A stretch of 62,893 nt of DNA, counting the filler, from Guillardia theta CCMP2712 (lineage: Eukaryota; Protista; Cryptophyta), in assembly GCF_000315625.1 (NCBI RefSeq). It is 6 parts of 6 records of this genome, joined end to end, with 100 filler letters (N's around TTAATTAATTAA, not from the genome) between each part and the next. Parts side by side here need not be neighbours in the genome. Positions count along the whole stretch, not along the records: positions 49,894 to 62,893 come from NW_005434538.1; 5 more parts are not named here. One strand, written 5' to 3'. The position numbers and the translations under genes are program-made. Shown here piece by piece: positions 52,877 through 62,893 of this stretch. How positions within the stretch are numbered: position 1 is the first letter of the stretch; every line of letters begins with the position of its first letter. Below the pieces are notes generated by a model. That model was not told where the DNA came from and ran no database searches. It saw only the letters and a list, made by a program, of their open reading frames with translations.

Positions 52877-54095
52877 CCTCTCGACCCCCAACAGATCAGA
52901 AAGTCCTGGACGGACATGGCAGTCAGATCTGTCTGCATGATGTTCGAACGTGCGGAAGAATTGAACAGCACTGCAGCATGATTGCGGTGGAATGAGCAAC
53001 GTTTCCGGTCGCGACTACCCTTGTATATGCAAACAGTTCTAAATCTTTGGGAATGCTTGCTCAGGTGTTGAAGGTACATCGCATGGAGCTAGCATCTTCC
53101 TACATTATTCCTACATAGATGGCATGCAGCTTGACCATCACCCGCAAGTCTCTGTCCCTCTCCCATGCGCGATCTCCTGAAATCTTCCTATGGCAGAGGT
53201 GTGTACTCTGAACAAGTTCCTGTGTGTAGAGCTTCTCTGCTCAACGACAGGAAACCCATCGCTAGATCTACATCTCTCTGTCTCTTGTCCTCCTCTTGAT
53301 CTGCCATGATGTGAAGAGGCGTTGTGTTGGCTGCGCATGCCGCGGTTACACTGCGGCACCCTGGCATTTTCAACCGCCCTGGCTCTCTCGAACTTGAATT
53401 AACACGAATGAGGGGATAGGGGTGATTAAATTCTTGGGGTAGTAGGCAGCATACTTGGTACTGATACCAGGAGACAGGTGGGGTGGTGAATTCACGTCGG
53501 GGTAGGGTAGGAGGGAGACTGTGAACCAGTGAAGATGGTTGACCAGCAGTTTACAAGATGAGATTGTCGGCATGGTAGGGCGACGATGAACGTGGGAAGG
53601 CGGGAGGAGAGAGGAAGAGGAAGAGGAAAAGACGGGACAGGGACAGGGACAGAAATAGGGAAAGAGGGTATAGACGCGAGACAGAGAGTATGGGAACGAG
53701 GGGAGGAGGAAGTTAGTTGCAATGTACACAAAGGTAACACGTTCTGTCATATCTGTGCAAGAGAAACATTCTTCGGAATTAGGGTAGGGAGCTCCGTCTA
53801 TTCCGCACGAATCTGTGTGAAACTTCATAAGGACTTCAGTAAGTTAGAGTGTAGACAAAACTCTTTGAGAGATTCTATAGCGAAACATTATGATGGCCGA
53901 TGATCTTCCTATTCAATCCAAACCTGTCTCTCGCTTCGCTGAGGAATTGATAGGTGACCTTGGCCGGGCCCTCCCACGAACGATGCAATGATAGTTTGAA
54001 GGTCGAAGCTATGGCGTCACTGCAAGGCAGGCTGGGATGCTACTTTAACGATGATGCCCTACTTGCATGCGATCTTGTAACAGGCAGAGCCCACC

Positions 54096-57000
54096 ATGCA
54101 TAACGAACGGCGCTTGATGCTCCCTCGTCGTACTTGGATGCTTGCAAGGACATGGCCTTGGATTTTCTTCCTGACTTCGTGTCAGTCTCAAGTACCAGTG
54201 CTACAGGAGATGAACAATCTGTGGGTAAGGAACGGTCAACTCTTGAAGGCTCGTCCTGGTCTCCCCCCCATCCCAGCAGACAGCAACTTGTGGGATCAAA
54301 GGACTTCCTTGTATGACATCTACGGGAATTACCGCCTTGCTCCCAACTACACGGCAGATATCAGCTCGAATGCCCCACAGGTCATCAGCAAGTCTCAATT
54401 CACTCCTCCCACCAACAACATCAACGGCAATGTTGAGGCTTCGTTCTGGTTCGGCCAATCGCTGTCGGATGGGAACTATGTCAGTCTCCATTTGTGTCTT
54501 CCAAGCTCCCCGTTCTGCCCCCTGCCCACCCGCCCCCCTCCTCCTCCCTTCCTTCTCCCTCTCCTCCTCCTCCTCCTCCTCCTCCTCCTCCTCCTCCTGC
54601 TTTCCCTTTCCATGAACTTCTCGTCCCAGCTCTTCGTATCAGCTTCCCTTGTCCTTCGTGATCACAACTTGCTCCTCATCGTTTGTCGCTGTCTCTGCTT
54701 ATGCTGACAGACTGCGTTGGCAGGCATGGTCCGTTCCCGGCAAACCGTGGATTCGGCAATCCCTTCCTTACACGTGCAGTGACAACCCTTTCCAGGAATG
54801 CTCCGGGACACAGTGCGCTTCGTCTACCTGCCCCAGAGGAAGGCAGGTTGGCTCCCCGACGTTCCTGCCGAATGGTGGGAACTTCGAAGGAAACGTGCTT
54901 GTTCGGATCGAGGTAGAGGGCACCAGGATGATGTCGAGCAAGCTCGCCTCGGCCGGAGTTATCCCGATCACTGGGTTTCAGAACGGGCTCTGCAAGAGGG
55001 CCTGCGAGGGCAAGTTGACGTATCCGACCTGTAACAACCAGTTGTCGCCGTTCTCGGGAGTCTACGGGACGCAGCTCATCGCAGGGTACTACCGGCCGTC
55101 CAGTCTGCAGAATCCCTGCAAGTCAGACCATCATCACCTTGTCAAGTCGGGGTATGAGTGCAGATGCAACGTGGACCGGCTGTACTGCAACTCAGACGCC
55201 TACTGTCAAATCGAGACATCACAGTGCACAGACTACACGGGGAGGAAGTGCAGCAGCAATGAGCAGTTCAACCTTGACAACCAGACATGCGGCCCGCTGG
55301 AGTACGGCGGCTACTGCGCCTTCGGGACCTGGGCAGAGGGCCAAGACTGTATCGACGACCTGACGCCCGTGTGGCCGGACTCTGACTTCCAGACAGTGAC
55401 TGCAGCTTCACCGCAGCGAGTCAGCTCGGACTGTCGCAATGTGGTATGCTCTGACAACACTCAGTGCATTCACGTGTACTACACGCTGGACGGGTCGACG
55501 CCCACGAGGAACTCGAGGCTGTACCATGGGCCCTTCATCCTCGACCTCAACCTGCCCATCACGAGCAACGTGGTGGCAGATCTTCCCTTTGCCTTCGTGA
55601 CCATCAAGGCGATTGCAGTGCAGGAGGGCAACCTTGACAGCCCCATCGCTATCTCCAAGACCTTCTACATCAAACGGACGGTGGTATCAACTGGGATAGG
55701 ACGGGCCTGGTCGTGGGGATACAACACAAGGGGGCAGCTGGGGTTGGGAGACGGGCTGTATGGAGGAGACCCGAGGTTCCCCAACGACATTCCAGGAGCT
55801 CCAGGGCTGCTGATGCCCTCCTTCTGCTTCGATACAGCGACACAGCAGCTGATCCCGAACCTCAACTGCGACCCGAGCTTGTGGGTGTACACCTCCCCTC
55901 AGCCCAACATGTTCAACGCTGACCTGCTGAATCCTGCCAACCCGATGATCACCTACTTCGCTGCTGGGGCATACCACAACGTTATCGTCACCGCCATGGG
56001 TAAGATTATGGCATGGGGTTGGAACGGGTATGGTCAGCTGGGCACATACATTAACCAGCCTACCTACGGCCTTCCTACGCATCCATCTGACAGCACGCAA
56101 AGGAATCTACCCACGGCTGTCCACTTCAATGACGCCAACCTTGCCTCGAAGATGTTCGTGTACGCCAGTGCTGGCACATTCCACAGGTCCTTGCCCTCCC
56201 ATTGCGACCTCTCCCCTCTGACTTTCACCCACGTCAGCGCCGCCATGGACACGGACGGCAACGTCTACACGTGGGGGAACAACTACGAGGGGCAGCTCTG
56301 CTCCGGCGACCTCAAGAATGTCGACTTTCCCAACCCGATCAACGTGAAGCCTACTGATGACAACGGGAACGCGATCCCGGGGGCACGATGGGTGCAGGTA
56401 AGCCGATGGGCCTGCTCTAGAGCCGCGCTTGACATTCTGCCTCCTGCTCAGATTGAGCTGGGAAGTGAGCATACGATCCTGCTGGCCAACACCGGGGAGG
56501 TGTATGCGTGTGGATCCAACAGGATGTACCAGCTGGGTCGTCCTCGTTTCCATCCTGACATCATCGTTGGGACTCAGTCAAGTTGTCCGACGGACAAGGT
56601 TTAGAGCATATTTCTCCTCCGCTCTTTTAGACTCTCACCTTGAAGCTGCAGACCCCAGAGGGCTGTCCTACCCAGTTCAACATCCGATGGATGCGTCCTA
56701 TCCGCGTGCTGGGAGGCTGGAGCTGCGTCGATCTCGTCTGCAACGGGCCTCCGCTCCAGAGGGTGGTGAAGATCTCAGCAGGGTCCTACCACTCGGTAGC
56801 TCTTACAGCTGATGGAAAGGTGGGGAAGCTTCACCTCGTCCACCCTGCTTTGCTACCCTGACCCTCCTCGTCCTCAGATCTTTGCGTGGGGGGACAACCG
56901 TATGAACCAGCTGGGGTTGGGGCCGCTGGTGGAAAAGGCGAACCCTTGCTGTGCCGTCCAAGTTCCCTTTTACATCGACAACGCCAGGGCGAATCTGCAG

Positions 57001-60000
57001 CCGCAGCCTAACCCTCCTTCGTTCCCCTGGCAGGGTTACAAGGTGAGAAGAGGAAGGGAAGGGAGGGAAGAGGAGGGGACACGACAGGAGGGGAGGGAGT
57101 GTAGGGGCGAAGTGTTATGGGGACAGGACGAAGGAAAGAGAGAGTAACCAGGGACGATGAAGAGCTCTAGATCGTTTGCTGGCTGGAGGGGGGGGGGACA
57201 GCAAGGAGACGTCGACGTGAAGTTGTTGGTGGCAGGCCCTCGATGTAGCAGCTGGAAGTCACTTCAACATTGCGATCATCGTCAACGTCACGGGTGAAGG
57301 CTGTACCGGGGATGGAGTGAGGAGCGGGTATCAATGCTTCTCCCAAGACCCTGTGAACGGGCTGGTCCTGCAAGACTGGGACATCCCCAGGGACATCGAC
57401 ATCGTTGGCGACCATCTTCGCACGAACCAGTTCAATTTCTCGCTGGCCATAAGGTACCAACACGAGCTGCCCTTCTCCTCCAGGCCTCCTGTTCCTCCTT
57501 CTCTACCTCCCCATCCTCCTCCTCCTCCTTCTCTACCTCCCCATCCTCCTCCTCCTCCTTCTCCTTCTCCTCCTTCTCTTCCTCAACCTCAACCTCCTCC
57601 TCCTCCTCCTAGAGTTCGTCCATAGCTTCCCTTAAGCACGGTTCTGCTCTCCACGTACATTGACATCTTGACTCTCTGCAGCTGCGACTGCCAGGGATCC
57701 TTCCACCTCCCCGGAGGCCTCGCCAACTGCGACCAAGGGCTCTACGTGGAGGTCCAGGAGCTTAGCAATGGCTACTGCTACTACCCCAGGAGCAACTCGT
57801 CGTCACCCTGTCGCTACAAGCAGACAGGAACCTGTCCCGACGGGAGCCCCTGCGCCGGTCCAATGGACTGCGGCATGCAGCCCTGCTACCGGGTGATCCA
57901 CACATGCTCGAGCTCCTGCCCCTGTGCAGACCGCTCGTGCCCCGCGCGTGTCGGAGATCAGATGCCGAAGCCAGGAGAGACAGTGACGCTCCTAGACAGC
58001 TGGTTCCGACGGGCAGTCAAGAAGCAGGAGACGTGCGGGTGCACGCCAGGGTACGCTACCGAGAGCTGTACTAACTGGCTGACCCTCGGCGTCAAGGGGG
58101 CGCTGCCTGACTGCTGCCTCAACACCAAGGCAGGAGCTCCCGTGCCCCCGGTGAAGATGAACAAGCAGCAGTGGGACAACTTTAACCTCAACGCCGGCCT
58201 CCCCCAGGGAGTCTACGGGACCTGCCCACCTGGCACTGAGTGCATCAACGCTGACCCCAGGGGCTGTGCGGCAGACAACTGTCGGTTTGCAGACGAGGCG
58301 ACGCTGGGTGAACCCGACGACGGTCATCCGCTGTACACGCTGGGGAACCGGCAGACATGCATGTGCTACAAGCCTGGGGTGTGCATAGGAGGAGCCCAGC
58401 CGATGAAGTCCTGCACGTTGCAGACGGGAAATGTTGACTGTATCGGGAACCCTCCCGGGTACTGCTCGTCAGGAGGAGGAATGTACTGGCCAGATGGAGC
58501 GAGCTCGCCTGTCTTCTGGGGGGACTGCACCTGTAGAAACGCTACCAAATCAGAGTGGGAGCAGAGGTACCGAGGTCCCGGGAGTTTCCGCAGCTGCTCG
58601 CAAGTGCAGAACGCCTCTACCAACTGCCAGGAGGGTGTCTCCCTGTCATTGACCTTCTGGAACAGCAACGTCTGCCCCTACCACAACAAGAAGCAGTGGT
58701 CCGGCGCAGACTGCCGGCTCGTCAAGATCCCCCTCCCCAAGTTCGTCTTTGGCTGGGGAGACACCCGAGCTGGGCAGCTCGGCAAGTCGCTCATCAGCTC
58801 CCCTCCCCTCGCCCCGCCCAACGATCAGCCGCCCAACTTTCCTCGTCCTGTTGAGATCCCCAGCCTCTCTCGGCTCGACCTCCTCAGTATCTCAGCTGGA
58901 GACTACCATGCTGGAGCACTGGTGGATGCGAGGATCTACGACTCGCGCGTGTGCAACCTGACGTATGCGGACCCCAACAGCTGGGCTGTTCCTCCCGAGC
59001 TGGGGGGTATGGGAAGGGACATGCTGGGCATTCCCTTCCGATGCGACGGGCGGCTGGTGTACACATGGGGCAGCAACACAGAGGGGGAGCTGGGGTTGGG
59101 GTACATCACGCCAAGTCAAGCCATCGACTGCATCTCAGCAGGAAACGTTCACATCCCTTGCGAGAACATGGGAGGGTCGCTGACAGCACAGCTGGTGACG
59201 AGCCTGGTGGGTAAGAACGTTTCTCAGCTCAGCCTGGGGTTCAAGCACTCCGCTGCGCTGCTGGGTAGCTGTCCCGCGAGCTCGAAGGATCGCTGCGAGA
59301 TCTGCTTTGGGATCAATCGGGAGTGTGTCGGCTGCTCGGGCATCACCAACGACCCAACGGTCGATGATTGGTGCGGGGTCTGTGCCGGTGACAACTCCTC
59401 CTGCACCGGCTGCCTGGCAAGCTTCGATTGCCAACAGGTACCGTCGCAGCAGACGCGTGCCCCAACATCTCCTCCCTTCCCCTTCCCGAGTCCCTTCCTC
59501 CCCCTTCCCTCCCTCTTTTTCATCCTCTTCTGCCTGCAAATCGCTCCTACCACCATAGAGCTACCGCTAAATCCTCCTCAACCTGCAACACCAGCTCCTT
59601 CTGATCGCCATCCTCCCTTCCTCCCTTCTCTGGATCTTGTCTGACTTCTCACAGAGCTCGCCATGTCGCGACAAGCAGGGAGCAAACGTCTCCTGCGTGT
59701 CCTCGGAGGGCTACCACCCGTGTCACCAGGGGCGCAAGAAGGGGGTCCCCTGCTGCCTCGACCTCACGGGCAAGCCAGCGACGCCCTTCAACGCGAACCC
59801 ACAGGATCAGAAGAATGGCAGGTCAGCAGGGGCTGGCCCGATCCCTTGCAGCAGCTTCGGCGTGGACTCCTGGCGGGATCGAACCCGGGCCAGCTCAAAC
59901 TTCTGCGGGCTGCTCTACGATGGTAGGACGGGAGGCTGGGTCGCCGTTGTTGGAGGAGCTGAAGTGACTTGACAGAATGCGACGTGTGCGATGGAGACCA

Positions 60001-60568
60001 TACAAGATGTCTGGACTGCATGGGGGTCAACCAGGGGAAGATCGATGATGACTACTGCCATGTGAGCTCGTCCTTGGACTTGAACCTCCTCCTCTACCGC
60101 CTCTCTACGACCTTCAACCAATCGCAAGATTCTTCCCTGTCGCTACCTTCCCTCCCCTCTTCTACTCCCCCTGACCAACAGCTGTCCATGCAACTGCGTC
60201 CTGCTCTACTTGCTCTTTCTTAGCTTCCTGCTCAGGTCTGTGGGGGTCTGGCGACGAGCTGCGTCGGATGTGATGGGCGTCCTGAGCCCAACGAGAAGTA
60301 AGAAAACGCTGCAGTACTTCTTCACGCTGACGCTCTCCTCCTGCCAGGCTGCGGACCAAGTATGACGCTTGTGAAATGTGCAACGGAACCAACTCCACCT
60401 GCTCCCTCGTTCTCCTTGTCTTCAACGGCACTGATCGCCTCTTCCCCTCCTCCTACCTCCTTGCTCTACTTCTCGGGAGCATCCTGTGGATCCTGGCAGA
60501 TGAAGGGAGGTGAGGACGAGTCATGCGGGGAGTGCGAAGCGCCATGTCTATCTTGTCAAGTTCCATGA
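54096..60568 (+). CDS. Large secreted protein: Fn3-associated domain, RCC1/BLIP-II-like repeats with Cys-rich inserts, C-terminal DxCGVCxGDNSSC repeats
   Basis: WSWGYNTRGQLGLG, AAGAYH, WGWNGYGQLG, YTWGNNYEGQL, ISAGSYHS, WGDTRAGQLG, YYTLDGSTPT, DWCGVCAGDNSSC and DACEMCNGTNSTC; hydrophobic N-terminus. Confidence 0.85.
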
Positions 60569-60717
60569 TTGTATTGATGTGATGAAAGTGTAAATAAAGT
60601 CGAGCAAGTGATGTTTCAATAGCCACCATCCTGCCTTCGATCTTCCCTTGTGTATTGTACATGCAGTCTGCGAAACAATAATCTTGGTCCACCAAGAAGC
60701 ACCTCCCCGACGCTCTC

Positions 60718-62259
60718 TCACCCCGTGGCTGCATCTCCTGCCGACTCATTTCCTCTGATCCCAACCAACTTGTTCAGCTCTGCCGCCATGAAGAACCGAG
60801 CTTGACGATCCTCTCCAACAATGATGGGATCGCCTTCGTGCCGGATAGTCCAGAAAGCAAAACCTTTGATCTGAGAGAGGATGGGTGATGATCGCCAGTC
60901 TTTCTCGAGCACGTGAGGGTGGAGGAACAAAGTCTTGCAAGGAGGGTTTCCGCACGGTTGGGCCCACGCGTTTGCAAGCCCTAGCACGAGCTGGCTGGGA
61001 AGAACCTGCGGGGCTGATGAGAAGAAGCAGGGAGAAGTCAAAGGCAAGGGCAGGACAAGGCAGGACAAGGAGAGAGAGGAGCACGACATCAACTATGAAA
61101 CACCTTGACAATGGCGTCGCTGTATCCCACACTCTCATCGGAAGAGAACTGGACAAGCCAGCCGTCACTGAAGCGTTGGATCACTTCAGTCAACCACTGG
61201 ACGGGGTGCTTGTCGTTGAGGGTAAGCTCGAAATTTGCGTGACTGTAAGACTCGTACAGCTGGATCATGATCATGTCAAATGTGTGGACATAGTGCACGT
61301 GGACGCCTTCACTGCCTTGATCCTCGATCTTGGTGAAGCCGTACCTCGACACGATGTACGCGTACGCGTTCTTGCCATGGTAGGTAAAGTGAGGGACTAT
61401 GGGCTGCCATTCGGAATGAGTTGTCGTGAGAGAACGATCGAAGGAGTGGGATGTCGGGTCAAGATAAGACTCGCAAGGTGCCATACTGACAATGTAGCCG
61501 TCCTGTTTCGCAAGCTGCGAGATCCTTCCAATCCAGTCGAGAGTTTTGACATCGAACGTGTTGTACTTTGAAGAGACGTCGTCGTTACCTTCAATGTCCC
61601 AATCGAAACCATCAAAGCCTAAGAAGCCCTCGTCAGGACGCGCGATCTCCTGCTCATTCCACTTCTTCCATGCCGCATAAACCTTGTCTGGAGCATGACG
61701 TGTGGTGGGATGAACTTCGTTCCATCCTCCTGTAAGCAAGCAAGTTGTCGGTACTAGAAACATGGAAGGAGGATAGAGGAAAGAGATAAGAGGTACAGTC
61801 ATCATCGCATGCCAATCGTAACAGCAAACAGAGGAGGAGGCACAGCCATCATCACATACCGATCGTAATCAGATGCGTCGTGTGCAGACCGCGTGCTTGC
61901 AGCTCCTTGGAGATACTGCTCAAGAAGGACCCATCTGGTCCTCGAGACCTCACCACTGGACTCCCTGCCTCCTCATCATCCACCAGGTCGATGGTGAACC
62001 AGAGGATAACGTTGACTCCATCTTCAACAGCCTTCACGATCTTCTCCCTTGACGACAGCCACTCCTCCCTTCCCCAGTTCGCATACCCTCCTATGACCCT
62101 CTCAGGTAGTGCCCTCATCTTGCATGATCCCGCGCCCCCTCGCATTGCTGTAGCCGCGTCAGTCCCTCCATCTGCTCTTGCTGAGCTTCCTTCGCATGTC
62201 CCCAACATCATCGCAACCGCAACTGCCATTCTCAGCGCTACGCTCCAATGTATTGCCAT
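60718..62259 (-). CDS. Glycoside hydrolase family 18 (chitinase-like), secreted
   Basis: FDGFDWDIEG (DxxDxDxE) at ~61589-61618, ITIG|GWN, IVSMAP, IQLYE and GFAFW; signal peptide MAIHWSVALRMAVAVAMMLG. Confidence 0.85.
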
Positions 62260-62299
62260 TGCCGCTTGCGGATTCTTCCCCTCATACCGCACACTTGGT

Positions 62300-62745
62300 A
62301 TCACTCGGGCCGCTGTCGGGCCGCACGCAGGGCCGCACGCCGCTGCTCGGGCCGGGCCCGGCCCTCAGCGGCCGGCCACCGTGCACGGCGACGGTGGGCC
62401 TCCGGATGATCGGGCCCGGCCGGGCCAGCGGCTCACGGTCCGGGCCCTTCTGACAGTACCAAGTTGGCGTCAAGTTGCCTGACACGGTGTCGCGGCCCGG
62501 GGGGCCGCCGAGGCCGCAGCGAAGTTCTCGCCGTGTGGCTTCCTCCTCGCCTCTTCTGATTGTCCTCGTACTGATTTTTAACTTAACTTTGAGTAAAGAA
62601 GTTAAATGGCTAGTACACTGCGGCCCGCCCGGGTCCGTCACCGGGGGCGCCCCCGGCCGCACCGTCGCGGCGGCACTGGCCGGCGGTGACGGTGAGTGAC
62701 CGGGAAGTCCCGGGCCCGGCCGGGATCGCCGGATCCTAGGTCATG
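62300..62745. other. CpG-rich palindrome-dense non-coding segment with an AT-rich core
   Basis: Recurrent gggcccggcc, ccggccg and gtgac/gtcac around an AT-rich stretch at ~62570-62615. Confidence 0.6.
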
Positions 62746-62893
62746 GTTGTGCTGGTCAGGTAAGAAATTGGACCCCTACCCTCCTTTTTCCTGCTTTCAG
62801 ATGTTAGCTGCGCTCGTATGACCGGGTACTTGACGTTACGATCCCAGTACCCCCACCCCTCTTCTCCTCAGTACTTGGTCGGAATGGAGAAGG

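Noticed and set aside
53138-53373. Small spliced ORF MADQEEDKRQ...
   Set aside because: Plausible, but too short and motif-free to support.

Overview
Eukaryotic, GC-rich, intron-dense DNA with short GT-AG introns and many microsatellites. The style fits a cryptophyte such as Guillardia, but that is an inference. The window is not one contiguous locus: five 100-bp N..TTAATTAATTAA..N linkers join six separate pieces (A 1-4875, B 4976-28583, C 28684-33557, D 33658-45196, E 45297-49793, F 49894-62893). A is a 332-bp palindrome-rich satellite carrying a duplicated 1.5-kb insert with 321-bp direct repeats. B holds Mpv17/PMP22, an inositol 5-phosphatase with a START-like domain, an IP3-receptor-like channel with a non-canonical pore motif, and an IQ protein. 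C holds a RING protein and a GT2 fragment. D is the most unusual piece: a more AT-rich island with an intact, intron-containing RAG1/Transib/Chapaev-like DDE transposase, tail-to-tail (15 bp) with an unknown ORF, which is head-to-head with an STPR-repeat/CDC7-like kinase fusion, followed by the same 332-bp satellite. E holds BTB/KCTD and TPR genes. F holds MYCBPAP, a large secreted RCC1/Fn3-associated/Cys-rich protein and a GH18 hydrolase. All family calls are by-eye motif recognition; no searches were run and exon boundaries are approximate unless stated.
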